This document shows, piece after piece, positions 1-13,869 of a stretch of 64,000 bases of DNA (its first letter is position 1; each line of letters begins with the position of its first letter). A model generated the notes under the pieces. That model was not told where the DNA came from and searched no databases. It saw only the letters and a program-made list of their open reading frames with translations. Source of the DNA: Phoronis australis (Eukaryota > Animalia > Phoronida); contig NMRA01000029.1 in NCBI GenBank assembly GCA_002633005.1, positions 1,212,086 to 1,276,085 of the forward strand. The letters run 5' to 3'. A program made the position numbers and the translations under genes.

Positions 1-134
1 CGATGTACATCGGTCTGTGACTGACATACTAATTACCTGACGCTTGAATAATGACAGCAAACAGCAGTGCGAACGTCTGAATACCGTTGATTGCCATTCC
101 TTGAATATAAAATGAACTAATTATGGATAAAATG

Positions 135-845
135 TAGTAGAAGTAGTGGTGGTGGTGGTAGTAGTAGTAGTAGTAGTACACTTTATTCACTTTAAGTCAG
201 AAAACAAAAAATACAGATTTACAGATACAGATTTACGCTTATGGAGACTCCGTGAAGGACCCGAGAGGTCTGCTGACCACGGAGCCACCAGAGAATAAGA
301 AAGAAAAAATACAGCGTTACAGATAAGCAGAACTATAAAAATTAGGTGATGATGTACTTTAAAACTACTTGTGCAAAGACTGGGAGAGATTATAATCGAA
401 AATAGTTACACACAAAGCAGTTGGGAATAGTGCACTCAAGTTCATAATTTTCAAAACAAACATTCTTAAAATAATTTATAACAGAGGATAACGAATGGCT
501 AAAAAGTTTTTGGGAGACACTTTCAGGAAGGTTATTAATGATATGAGGTAGAGCATTTCGAACTGAATCTTCAACAAATGATTTAGTACAACGGGGAGTA
601 TGTAAAATATGTCGTTGCCTAGTGTAATGTTCATGAACAGACCCAGGAGTTATTAAATTGAACGTGTTAAAAATGAAGGTAAGTAATTATGAACATATTT
701 GTAGAAAAAATTAATAATAGCAACAACATACAAGTCCTTTATTTTGAGTAACTGTGTAGTCTTAAATAAAGGATCTGTATGGGCATTAAAATAACTAGAG
801 GTAATATTGTGAATAACCTTTTTCTATAATTTAAATATTCTATGA
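135..845 (-). mobile_element. 5'-truncated LINE (CR1/L2-group) 3' end with (TAC)n tail
   Basis: Minus strand translates to a degenerate ORF2 C-terminus (KKVIHNITSSYFNAHTDPLFKTTQLLKIKDLY...HEHYTRQ...CTIPNCFVC). It is followed by a 3' UTR, AATAAA and a (TAC)n tail seen as gtagtagtag at 135-178. Confidence 0.8.
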
Positions 846-1002
846 TGTTCACGCTACCATAGCAGAATACCATAATGAAAATGACGAAGGACAAGGCCAT
901 TATATATAGTTTTCAAAGTTTCAAAGGGAAAGAAATGTTTTATGTTATTAAGAACACCACAGAATCTGCTTATCTTTCTCAACAAATTGTTAAATACGTT
1001 AA

Positions 1003-1205
1003 TACATGCGCGCACCCAGCCTTCAATATGAAGGGGGGAGATGTTGTGGAGCTTTTGGTAACAAAAAAGTGGGCGGACTAAAAAAGGACATCACAGTGAA
1101 TTGAGCGTTTGCGCTTGTTAAGCAAACTTTTATCTCATTTTCTCGGGCTTTTCAGAGGCGGACCTTTTTGCTCACTTCGCCAAATGGAGGGGGTGCGCGC
1201 ATGTA
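1003..1205. mobile_element. Short MITE-like element
   Basis: Inverted ends tacatgcgcgcaccc / gggtgcgcgcatgta; no clear 8-bp TSD. Confidence 0.4.
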
Positions 1206-2024
1206 GTATGTAGTGATGCCGACGTCGTCACAGCTAGTGCTCTCTCGAAAGTCATCACTGATATCGATTATTATTAAAAATATACATTTGATATTAATTA
1301 TGAGATGAGCGTCGTGCTTTTAATCATTACAAATTACACTCGTAATAATAAACTTAAAATTCTAGTTTTGAATGGTTTCTATCAAAGTTATTAGAGAAAC
1401 AACACTCACGGAAAGTCGATATTAATGTATTGAATACAAGCAAATTTTAAAACAATTACCTGCAGTTTATGTGGAAATTTTCGAGAGATCAGATGGTAAT
1501 GCGACTTTTCTCCTGACCACTTAATCGTGAAATCTAAAGTGACGCTGCTTCTTTATACATTATAAGGTTGTAGAAGCGGTGAGGCATCATCCCGCGGGAT
1601 CAGGGATTGTTGCCAGGCGATTGAGGATATTTTGATCTGTTTACCGCCATCGCCTAGACACTATTATGTGCGACTCACTACTTTTGTTTATCTCGAGGTA
1701 TCTTCCATCTTCTTCTTTTATTCGTACTGAATTAAATTTGCATCAGATGGTGTTCAACAAATTGAATGTCAGGCGTGTCTGAATGAGCAAAGAAGGCGAA
1801 AATCACTGCCACGAAAACACGTTGAGTGACGACTGCATTATTAAAAAGCACCGACCTACAACACGATAGTTACAAATAGCGACTTAAATGTCACGCCACC
1901 TAAAAATGAAGCAGAGATTTTTATTCCCAGTTACTGAATATTACGAGGACTGCGTGACGAGAAAGATGTTGATGATAATGATGGTTGCAACGATAGAGTT
2001 ACTGTTTGCTGATTATTGTGCTGA

Positions 2025-2059
2025 CGATGATGATAATGATGATTATAGTCACAACAACA

Positions 2060-2102
<43 letters not shown>

Positions 2103-2110
2103 CGATTATG
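2025..2110. repeat. (GAT)n microsatellite
   Basis: Pure gat run at about 2060-2100 with degenerate flanks. It produces the poly-D, poly-M and poly-I ORFs. Confidence 0.95.
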
Positions 2111-5100
2111 AATGTGACGACGTTAGCGGTAGCGAAGGCTATACGGTTAACTCGTATAACGACGCAAATTGTTAGGACAAGAATGACGCCACTGATGGAT
2201 ATGGCAACGATAAGGATCAACATGATGACGTCATAAACATATGTACTGTGAACTTGAGTTTAAAATTGACCGATTGCATGACATGCTTCGAGTAAACTTA
2301 CAACTCGAGTAAGCGGTATGATTGGTTGAAGTGGGGACAACTCCATCTTTCATCATAAAAACAAGTTAAATTCCACCACTTAGCATTATGAGGCAGTTCT
2401 TAAATTTCTCATTAATCAAAGTGGAAGGACTTCAAAAAGAATGCCATTTCGTTATTGCCTGAGATCAGGAACTACAAATAGATATGTCACGGAGTGTCAT
2501 TTTATGAGCCGAGCATGGTTTCAAGGAATAACTATCAGTTATTTGATAACCCGGAAAATCTGTTCTCGTCTTTGTTCTCTTTTTGGGGGTAAGTGATCTG
2601 AATCAAAAGTTCGCGAATTTATAGCTGCTTAAAGTTTTGAGGCCTAGTAGAGTTTGAGTTGAAAGATTAGATCTAGCCCCACAGTAGCGTGTAGAGGTTT
2701 GGTGATCATTTTATTGGACGCTCTTCTTTACTCAAATGCATGAACCCTAGTACTGCGAAAATTAAAAAGATGAAACAAAACACAGGAAATTTATTCAGTT
2801 TAACTAAAAATCAGTCACAGTTTAAAAAATCTTTATTCATAGTGATTGCATGGATGCCCCTCCCGATGTGGATGCCCGTGACCGTCGCCCCGTCGGTCCT
2901 CACCCGCTCCTGTGGTCCGAAGGCTCCGTCTGAGACAACTTGCGCAGAAAGCCTGTGGCGAATCTATTGATTTTCAATAAAAATCGAGGATTTTGATTGT
3001 TTTGTATATATAATGTGTATAAGTAAAACCAATTGAAGTGCATATCAAAGCAACGGACAACGACACATGCTTAGCGTGTTCGTTATATCCCCTGAGCACT
3101 GAACCATGAGAAACAGCGTCTTGTGAGAGACACGCATCATTGAATTCACCTGCGCATACAGTGTATACTGTATTATGACTTCGTATGCGAGGTACATGTA
3201 AGCATGTCCAGTTTATTTTTGATGTCTGATTGCTCACTATGCCAATGCTGTTGATTTTCACTCCATACACTTACAAAAATAACAGGACACCGAATTCAAC
3301 ACTGAGACAACTATTGCTTGAACAAATGACGGAAAAGAATCATTCGGATAAAAACATTGCAATTACGTAAATAACGACCAGATTAGATGATAGACCGTGT
3401 ACAGGAAAATGAAGTGAAACGAAATTTCTGTTGATGCTTCAGTATATCGTTTCTGGGCGGACATAATGCATTTATTTAACAAAGTTTTTTTTGTACAATT
3501 ACAGTTTTTGCACTTTGGCGCGTGCGGCTTAGCATCGTTTATAAGGCACAGTTGTGTATTCCACGCGGATGTTATGAAATGGATATTTTTATGTCTTTCG
3601 TCAATTCTTTGTATGTGTTATGTAATCACATAATCTTGAATTAAAAAAACGTTGTACAGCGGCTCAGTTAACGTTCCCTCACTTGCTTTCGTAAGGAATC
3701 CTTACTGGTTTCAGTCAAGTGCATCTCGTGAAAGCGCATGCGCCACATTTCGGAAAAATTATTGGTTCTACATCACTTGCAGTAACTTACGCATTTACAG
3801 GAACCAGTCCCAAAGGCGACAAGGTATTACATATTACAAGCAACTGCAATACCGCATTTTTCTTCAATTGAGCAATGGGGTATTAACGTAAATCAACGCA
3901 CCTGGCTGATGTGCGTAGCTGCATAATTCACTTGATTCATTTCTATTCGCTTTTTGTGATATGAAACCTGTTTATTGTCTTGTTACCCACCGGTTCATTG
4001 TATATGTTGTAAGACGAGATCGAGACTGACACTAAATTGACAGGTCATCAGCTTGAATTTCATAAGTATTACCTGGGGTGTGCGATGGGTGTTTTTTCAT
4101 TGGAATCGAAGATGATGATGAATTAAAACACTCGTAAAATTGGAAATAATTTCAACCAGGATAAAGTCCTTCATTGTAAGAGCACAAATGCTGCTCAAGG
4201 CAACCTATATGATTGCTGAGCCTAATTACTGTGTCAGCAATAGCATATTTTGAAGATATCATATTACTACGATATTGAAGTTATCGACAGCACTAGGGCT
4301 TTTTCGTATTAATAATAACTGGGTAAACGAATGAGGTAAAACAAAGTGCTTAAGCACAACGGCTACGAGGTGCACGTGTTCTTTAATGGTGGTTCACTAA
4401 TCTTTAATGCTTAAACGCAAGAAATAATGGTCATTTATTTCATAGAGGAACAGTGAATAGATAAACATTGCACCCGGAAATCGAATTGAGATAATGTCTG
4501 TGCAATGTCTGGGTAGACGTAGCATAAATGAATTATTAAATGGAATCAGAGCAACGCGCTATGGGGTAGTCCTATGAGGGCTGTGTCACACTAAGGTAGT
4601 TCCCAGAAGGATTTCAAAAACGGCGAAAATCGAGCTCGCGAAATCCAACCTGAATAACAACGTTTGAATTGCATTCGCAGCTTCATTAACAATTCACCTA
4701 TATAAAGGGACTTTATTGAGTTTTGCAATTATGTTTATATGGTAATGCAATCGGTCGACGTCAATTTGAAGAAGATTTGCCCCAAACTTTTCTATCCAGG
4801 AAGAGATGGCACATGCATGTTTTAGAATGACTCTAACCTGTTCTGCCCCACCTGTGAGAGTTTTAGCATTTTGGAAACCGTCCATGTCTAACCTGAGCCC
4901 CCCAAAGCTGCACCCTGGAAGCGTCCATCACATTACCAGACAATCGCAATATGAAACATACATAGTCAGTTCAAACTGAGTCTTGTCATTTCTACACGAG
5001 GATGCTAATCAGTTAATTGATTTCACAGAAAACTGACTTCGACACTTGTTGCCGCATTTCCATAAGGGATGAAAATGCCATCTCTTAAAAATATCCTCAA

Positions 5101-6849
5101 ACAAGGTACGCCTGAACAGATCTCAATACAGATCAACATGTAGGCAAAGTTTTAACATAATGAGTACATTAAAATGTAGTTTAGAAAAGTTCAAAACCAA
5201 AATCACTTTAAGTATGAAAGTGCTTAGGTGTTACCATGGCGACTGAGTACCATAAAAGCGCTACTCCTGAAACTAGAATTTTACAAGAATGATAATGGAA
5301 GATTATGAAGCTATGAGGTTGAAGGATTTGAGTAAGCTTCACACTTTAAAATCCAAATGTAGCTTATTTTTCTAAATTAATCAAGATTCTTCACACTTGC
5401 TGAAGTATGAAGTAAATTGTTACACAACAAAAACACAGATTGAGCACAAGATCTAGAAAAATATATGTCCTATTGTGACACATAATCATACCGGGAAGAA
5501 AAGGTGCCTTTCAGTTCAGCAAAGATCGCAGTGCTGTCGGTGGCGCCGAAGGTGCGACTAATTCCAACGGAAAGATACACCTGCATGATTTAATTCTGCT
5601 GAAAACTCTTCAATCGGGCAGAATGTAGGTAAAGATATGTGTCCCTGAATTGTCCTGTAACACTTTTACATTAGAAGATGGCCGACGCTATCAAGAAGTG
5701 AGTCAAAATTTGACGCAAAACTATTGATAACTTTTGAACTCATCGTGAGATTTTGACATTTTTTTCATTTTTATGGTCTCTTCATCATCTTCTCGAATCC
5801 TTAATAGAGAAAAATTGCTTATAATAAGCTAAATCGCCTTTAAATAGTGCACGTATTAAAATATTTCATTAAGCATTCCTGAATTATTAATGCCAGCCTC
5901 TAAGGGCTGTAACCATTTAAGGTATTGGCACCATTAACTGCTCCCGGGTAACCTCAGAACTACAGTCAGTTGTGAATGCTCTATGGGTGAAATAACGTAT
6001 GGATATGTTTAATATCATTATGGTGCCAAATATTGACACTCATTCACAAGTTATGATTGAAACTATTTTAGATGTAATGAAGTTGCAAAAACATTCTTTT
6101 AAAAAGTGTAGATTACGTATTACAGTAGTCCTGTCATTCTAGGGCTCCAGAAGACCCAACTTAGAAAAAACAGAAGAGTTTTTTGCATAAATGACGTCTT
6201 AGAAAATCCCTTCTTGTCCAAAAAAGTAACCGAAATCAGACAGGCGGTTTTCAAGATGGCGGAAAATATGGCCGGCAAAACCAGTGCTTACTGCTATCCG
6301 GCATGCTACTCTTTTGCAACAGCTGAAAATAAAACCATAAGGCTTGTCATTAATTGTATACTTCTCATATTTTGCATACCAACCAAAAGATCAATTTTCC
6401 GCTAAATAAAACCAATATTGCAGACAATGTGGCCGCCGAAACGGCAATTTGATACATGTTGCATTTTTTGTTTTTTCAGCCTCAAAATAGCACAATTTTT
6501 AAGATTTTGTAAGTTAGACAATTGAAAATATCTGGACCTTACAGGTGGTCATTGGTTGGGGAGGAAAAAATTAAGATGGCTGACACAATAGTCGCCAATT
6601 CACAAAACCCCATTTACTACATGTTCGTTCTGCAAAATTTGCTTATAATCCTATAAGCGTTTGAACAAAAATATTTTACAATCTACAGTCAAGCTAAATA
6701 ATTTGACTGTTCATTTAATTTGTTTTAAACATTTAGATACTAAGTATTGAATCTTAATCAGATATTAAAACATTGAACATAAAAATTGGTGTATTTCAGA
6801 AAAGGCTTAGTTAAATAGTCAGTGTGACAAACTTGAGTAGTGAACCAAC

Positions 6850-8350
6850 TGGTCAACATAAAGAATTTACCTAGGCAAGAGAGTCACTGGATGACAAAGA
6901 CATCCTCAACCTCATTGAATTCTTCCCCAGCAACAAGCCATTTGAAAGGGAAACGTGTCAGAACATCGCCACTGGTGTGACTATAGGTACACGCTTCAAC
7001 GGCAAAAATGCCAGAGAAGTGGGGAAGGCACATTCAGAAAGAAAGACAAGGTTGTGGCAATGACAAGTACACATGTACATCAGTTCATTTTACCAACACT
7101 GATTTTACACGAGTGGATCCACAACTGCTATTTCAGCGATTACAAACAGTTTCAAAAGTTTGGTTCCCCTGCTCTTTGTGATTCATTTGGTCTTCTCAGA
7201 GTTACCAATATCAATATTAGCTGATGCACTCTGCGTCATTGAGGGACTACTTGAAGATTTCCGATTTCAAAAAAACACAGGGATGCATGTAATCGATCGC
7301 AGTTCTCTCCTTCACCGTGTTCCATGGCACGGAGGTGCAACGTTGCAGCAAGTACGTTCAACCTACTATTGTTTTTTTATGGTTATGGAGGTGGCCCATC
7401 AACTAAAGCTGTCTCTTATGTTCGAAAACTGGGTGGGGTGGTTGGAACTGAAGCTCACTTCAACGGTGACTTGGTGATCAAGTCAAAGAAGGAGAATTTT
7501 TCGACAAACTGCAAAAAAAGCAAAGGTTCATTCACTTCTTGTCAAGTTTGCTACGAAGTACTGGTTGCACAATGGTACAAGCTCAAGCTGACTCAGACGT
7601 TTTAATTGTGGAAACAACAGTAGACAATTCAGCACAACATCCAAGTACCCTCATGCAGACGATAGATTTGTTGGTTCTTTTATGTTACCTTGCTACTTCA
7701 CAACAATTTCCGCTGTTCACAACATCAAAGCAACAGGACATCAAGAAACAACAATTGTCTTGGTGCCGAATATTGCGCGCTTTTTCGCAGTACTTGGCTG
7801 CGGTATAACATAACGGCCGTTTGGTATTGGTAAGGCTCCCCATTAAAGAAGCTGCGTGATCGAGAATTCTGCGAAAACGCTACAGTATTCTCTACACACA
7901 TGCACCTGAAGCAAGACGTATTTCAAGCTGGTAAAATAGTCGTGTATATGTTTTTATGGCGGTGCTGGCTCGACAAATTTGGATGATACACAGGCGATTT
8001 GTGGAAAAATGAAATCAAGCATAGCCCCAGTCCAAGTACCGTCATCACCACCATCAGCTTCAGCAGCTAAATTCAGGCTGCCAGGACATACTCTCAAGTG
8101 CAAGAGTGATCAAGTTTCCGAAGCAGTGGCCTAGATTCGCTGAACTGGGCATGAGTGCTGGCTGGTGGAAAACCTATTCCCATGACGACAGACCATCCAG
8201 CAGCACCAATCAACCTGCTGAAAATAGCAAGATGCTCGTGCAAGACCGACTGCAGTTTTAAGAAGTTAATGATATCCGTGGTCGGTTGCAAGGGAGGGGG
8301 GTGGGGGGGGGGTGGGATGTCGTGGTATAAACTGCAACAATCCATTCTCA
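6850..8350 (+). pseudogene. Degraded Academ (AcademX) transposon CDS: XPG-like nuclease plus Cys-rich C-terminus
   Basis: Frameshifted fragments in the expected order: VDPQLLFQRL, VIDRSSLLHRVPW, GYGGGPSTK, QAQADSDVLIVET, DLLVLLCY, FGIGK, PMTTDHPAAPINLLKIARCSCKTDC. Confidence 0.75.
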
Positions 8351-9320
8351 GTTGACATAAATTAATTCTGCAAACACTGGTTGATTATGTATAGACTTTG
8401 ATTACTGCTTCGGACAGACGTAGCATCATTAAAGAGAAGCCTAGTGGGAGCTGTAACTGTCAACTTGACGCCATATTGGAGAGTGTTTCTAGCCACGTGA
8501 CACGGTTAATCACCGTGTAAACAAACGGGGCAAAGTGCCCTTTCCAAAGCGCGATATGTTACACATAAAGAGACGGAAGAGTGTGATTTTTTCAGAAACA
8601 TCCAAAAAATGTGATGCAGCACTTAGATACGTTTTTAAGAGTCAATCAGTCGATAGGGAAAATATCAATCTAATACCGCAACCAGTTGCATGGCAGATTC
8701 TCGAGTGGCCTATGCGGTCTACACGCTTGTCAATCCAGTGCGAGCAATCTATTTTTCGTTTTTTTTCAAGAGAAACCAGTAAGATCGCGCAAATTTCTCA
8801 TTTAATACGTGTCGCTCGAACCCAATACAGTCCAGGAGCATACAGGGACATGCCACTCACTGGGGTGGTACGTCCTTTCGCAGTGCCTCAATACGGCTTT
8901 TCAGTATTGAAAAATGACCCCGGGTGACTTTTTAATATTAAAATATGACCAGGGTCGCTTTTAACGCGGATCTGAATTTAATGTGAACTACTGTAAGGAA
9001 TGACCTCATTGGGGTCATATAAATAAATGACAAAATTTAAGGTGCATGGGAGCGTTATCCGGTTCAGTGACTGTACCAGACATAGAGCGGTTGTGAGCGT
9101 GCAAATGTGATAACATCTAGCTCCTTTGTTAACTGCCGAGCACAGTCTTTTGTCTGGTATGACTACATGCTGGCCAATTATCTGCCCAGCTTATGACCAA
9201 TCACATGTGAACACTGTCAAAGCCAGTGCGTTGACGTTCGGACAGAATACATTGTGTTCAACTTCGGTTGTAGTTGGGCGATTTTGGGAATTCAAAAACT
9301 ATTTGCATGATCAGTATGGA

Positions 9321-9440
9321 GGAGGCAGTGAGGCCTAGTGTGGTGATACCCGCCCTCTTTACTCGAGGTCGTGGGTTCGAGTCCCACTGGGCTACACTGC
9401 TAGACCCTTGAACCAGGTTTCTAGCTCCTCAGCTCGGTTT
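9321..9440 (+). mobile_element. tRNA-derived SINE head
   Basis: A-box-like gtgaggcctagtgtgg and B-box gggttcgagtccc, followed by a non-tRNA body; no intact cloverleaf. Confidence 0.65.
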
Positions 9441-10245
9441 TAACTATATATTAATAAAAGCACAAAAAATGTTTCCAGGTGATCAGTGCAGTGGGCCCAC
9501 ATGCGCGGCCTGCGCACGTCTGGTACAACGTGTACCAGACCGACTTTTTATATATGTGACGAAGAATTCAGAAATGTTATTGGTTTATGTTCAAACATTT
9601 TATAAAAACATATTTTAACAGCACAGCCCAGTCAGGCTGGATACGATCTTATCGAACAAAAGAGCTGACAATCCAACCCTAAATGCCAGAATGGACCTAT
9701 CAGTCGTCTGTGTAAGGTATTGGCTACAGCGGCCATCCGTTCAATTTGTTGTGCTATAGAACTGAACAAATTGGACTCAACGGAAGAACGCCGTAATATA
9801 AATCCAAAGAACACAGATATCCTGTCCTGTACATTGCTCGGGATTACTAACGTACAAACATTCTTCTCTAACACACGATGTTCCTCTCTAATAGATTTGA
9901 AGTCCCCCCGATCAAGCACCAGGCACTTTTCGGCGTGTTGAGGTATCCCCACACCGTGTAATTATTTGATCGGACAAAGATGGGCCCACACATTATTTCG
10001 AACCATTCATTTCCCTTCCCGGCCTTAATTTGATATAAGTACTGCGCGTCCATTAGCCAAAAAATAAAAAAATAAATGCCAAGTTCTCTCTCACACACTT
10101 TTCCTCTCAGTGTTCAAATTTGACTTTGGTATGAAGAAAATTTGGTTGCCATCGGAAGATTCCTAACATTGTGGTATTATGAATTAGTCTTCATGCAGCT
10201 AGTCAGATATTATATCCTGGCACGAGCAGCGCAAAAATGGTCAGT

Positions 10246-13200
10246 TAGGCCATAGTCCACTCGACTCTAGGAAGCCTAGAAAATCACTTCCGTGGCCACT
10301 TTTTGGGGGCAAGATAATTGTGGTGTTTTTAAGGGTCATTACGTAATATACATGTACGTTAAGAATCTAAAAAGTTTTTAAGGTTTGTCTTGCACGTTTT
10401 CGAGAAAATTGACCTCAAAAATCTGACTTTTTGCAAAATTTGACACAGAAAACCAATTTTCAAAAACCAACAACACTAGACAAAAACTGAATGATAATCT
10501 GATTGGGTTTTGTTCATTTGAAATTATTGAACAAGGAAAGTGATAAATATTATGACATTAGAAAATTGCCCAAAAAGAGAAAAAGTAACTTTAGCAGCGC
10601 CTCCTGTTGGCCAGAAAACATACTACTGTATTCTGAACTACAAAAAGAACTATACTGTTAACCATTTGGAACTTGATAAAGATTTGACATCACAACCTAC
10701 ATGTGAACACCATAGATTTCCAATGCTTCTGCAACAAATTTTCTGTCATCAATTTCATTAATTGTCATAATTAATTAACATTATCCCACATTGCAGTTCA
10801 CTGTCAACTGTCACAGGGAACGACACACCGAACAGTGTCATTTATGAGCATGATAAAATGTTGTCCATATTTTCCATTAGGTTGAAATTTTAAAGTACTT
10901 TAACAACATAACATATATTTCTTCGCCCACTCCATCATCATTTATATCATCATTATTGTCATCAAAAGTTGTTTTTTGACTGAGACACCGTGTTCACCAC
11001 AGTCTGGACAGTCACACAACTTAGAACATGGTATGCCTAACTTCAAACAAGAGCACATTTTTTTACTACAACCACTTCTTTACACTTGCCATTAACATTT
11101 TCATGGCATTTTCTGGGTCTAAAAGCAGAGTCATCCAGTGAAGCATCAGAATACCCAGCTCCAAAAGCCACCCATTAGCAACTGGAGATGGTGCAGTGAC
11201 ATGCTGTTGCAAGGCTCGTTTGTGAATGGCACACTAGTCTGGTAGTTTGCTCTTTTAGCATGTAACGGCAAACAATCATGATGAGGAGGCAGATCACAGG
11301 TTTCAACCTGAATATGTGGTAGTGTGCTTTGTTAACTATTGATGACTCGCCATACAGCTTGCATACAAACGGTTCAATGTCTTCCATGAGATAACCAGGA
11401 AACACAAATTTTGAGCCCAACTTTAATGGCAAAGACAATAGTTAAAAAATATCTCTGCAAGCTTGCACCCTACCCAAAATAACAAAAAGTTTTGACAACC
11501 CGAATACCGTTTCATCTAAACAGTTACAGTAATCCTATTTAACTGAAACAGATAACCAAAATAATCTTCACTTTAGCACAGTATGGCCAACAACTGAAAT
11601 TTCATTTTGTTTAGTGCTCAGCAAAAATAAGCATAAGAGAAATGAGCATCATTACTAGCATTGATTGCACTGTGCAGCTGCCTTCAAACTATTTAAAACA
11701 TAGAAACATTTTTATCATCCTTAATATAGTAGTTCAGCTTTTGAAAAATAGAGGAATAGTCATGTTGGCAATAGTTTTTGTTTGAAATTGAAAAGCGTCT
11801 TCTTTACCGTAGAGCTAACATTTCATTTGACGCTTCCTGTTTTAAATAGCACATCATTGGAAGAGTAAAAATTTTCCTTTGCTAAAAACTCCAATTCAAG
11901 AATCTTCAAAATGCGAGATACTGAAATCTGTGCAACATTTGAATTTTCAAGATAAATAAATTACAGGACACCGGCAATATTTACATTTTTATAGTTTTCA
12001 AATTCCAAACACTGTTCCTGATTTTACATTAAAAGGATCTCAAAATACTAGGCTTAGAAGTTCATAAAATGAGTGCTGTAGTTCATGTAGGTAAAAACTA
12101 CAACCATTACATTTGAGATTGAGACCACTATCAGTACAAAATTGTCAAGCAAAATAACTTTTGTTCTGTGACCTAAACTAAAAATTATTTACCATAAATG
12201 ACACCTTTTCAAATTAAGGCGTATTTACAATTGGATGTTTGGAACTGGGATAGGTTTTCAACTTTTCTTTTGTTTGTGAAGTTCTCCTGTGATAAAATTT
12301 GATTTGTGGCAAATGGTTCATAGTGGTGACAAGATATATAAGGTATATTTCTTTGAGCACTGTTAAATGTACATGTAACTGACAGTGACAATCTCCTTAA
12401 TATTCTAGTGGGCTCAACATTATTTCCATCATCAGCTTGATCTTTTTCTTTTTTAAGAGCTCTTTCAACTTTTGTTACACCCGTTCCAGTGCCTGTAACA
12501 CTGCTTGTGATTGAAGCATGCACGCACCAAGCCTAAAAATGGGGGGGCTAGAGTTTTTGGGAATGTGGACATTTATTAAGATTCACGGGGTACTTCAGAG
12601 CTACGAATTGTGCGTTCGTCGAATTTTGGTAGTTCCTACGTTTTTGGTGAACTTTTGTCTCGTTTTCTACTTTTTCGGAGTTTTTGTTTCTTAGAGGCAA
12701 ACCTTTTTACCCACTTTACCAAATGGGGGAGGCTCGTTCAAGCCCCAGAGCCCCCCACCCCTGGATGCGCGTATGACAAGAGCTCTGTTTTTTGCAAACA
12801 CTTACAAACTTATCAGCAATGACACTTCTCTTGCACTCGATGTTGATACGTTTGTTTGCAGTAACCTTACACCAGGTAATATCTAAACATTCCAGCTCAG
12901 AAATTTGAGCAGAAGCTGACACATGAATGCAACAAGGGGCAGACATGTTGCCAGTCTCTTGTAAAGTCGCCCACTCCTTGAATAATTCATAGTTTCAGCA
13001 GAGTCCTAGCTGTCCCAAAACTGTTCTTTGTGAAAAACAAAATGATTCAGGAATGGGTCAAGAATTGTTTCAGTACGATGACACTCGTGGCCACTTGATT
13101 TGGCTTTCCTCAGTTCCTAACTGCTGCCTGCTGCTTTTTGAGCCTTGGTCCTTGGTAATTGCCTATTACTTGCACACCCATCCAAGAATTAACACTATTC

Positions 13201-13561
13201 AATGTAGTCAGTCGCAGTAAACAAGATAGCTAAGCCAGCAGGATAACATTAGCTGACTGTCCTCTGATGAAGGTTTTCATGCCAAGCAGACGACTTTTGA
13301 AGGGGAAAGGTATGGACACAATATTTTCCTGGCATTTGATTGGCTGTTCGGAACATTTTGCACTGACACCTGGTGGCTAACATATTAGTTGAGGTTATAT
13401 TTTTTAAAATTAAAATTCTTACTAAACGTGCAAATGTATTCTTGGGAACTTTTTTGAAACTGACTTTTGAACATCTGTAGATGGGTTTAATGCAAAGTTC
13501 CCGTTGCCCCCCAGAAAGTGGCCACGGAGGTGAAAGATAGGAGAGCTGGGACTATGGCCTA
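10246..13561 (-). mobile_element. Academ DNA transposon, internally deleted, with TIRs and 3-bp TSD
   Basis: Termini taggccatagtcc / ggactatggccta with an extended imperfect TIR (ccgtggccacttt..gggggcaa). Perfect AGT duplication at 10243-10245 and 13562-13564. Minus-strand remnants FVCKLYG, LPPHHDCLPLHAKRANYQT and CKRSGCSKKMCSCLKLGIPCSKLCDCPDC at about 11000-11440. Confidence 0.8.
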
Positions 13562-13869
13562 AGTTGTCAGCCCAGCTCCCACACATCATATCCATAGTCT
13601 GCACGCCGTTCAGTACTTTCTTTCCCTAATCGCGGCATATAATGAAAAAGCAAGGCATGTAGAATTCCCTTGCTGCGCGCAACTCAGCACCTCCAGAAAT
13701 GAACATCCGCATATCAGATCGCCTAATGCGGGTATCATGTCTGCTTATTCCGATACCCAGTTGCGGGGAACCGTTGAATAATGACGGAGAAGGTTTTCAC
13801 GGATATGAGGTCATTTTTTCATGGGTCAAAAATTCTTCACATTAAACTTAGACCCTGTGGGAAAGCTAA

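Noticed and set aside
1888-2236. Poly-Asp, poly-Met and poly-Ile ORFs
   Set aside because: Translations of a (GAT)n microsatellite; no other coding signal.
3574-3645. MKWIFFMSFVNSLYVLC as a signal-peptide first exon of the mosaic gene
   Set aside because: Weak donor sites, 19 kb from the next exon, and expected by chance in AT-rich DNA.
9321-9395. Functional tRNA gene (also 41140-41216 and 20091-20177)
   Set aside because: A and B boxes are present, but the acceptor and anticodon stems are broken and the sequences continue into SINE-like bodies.
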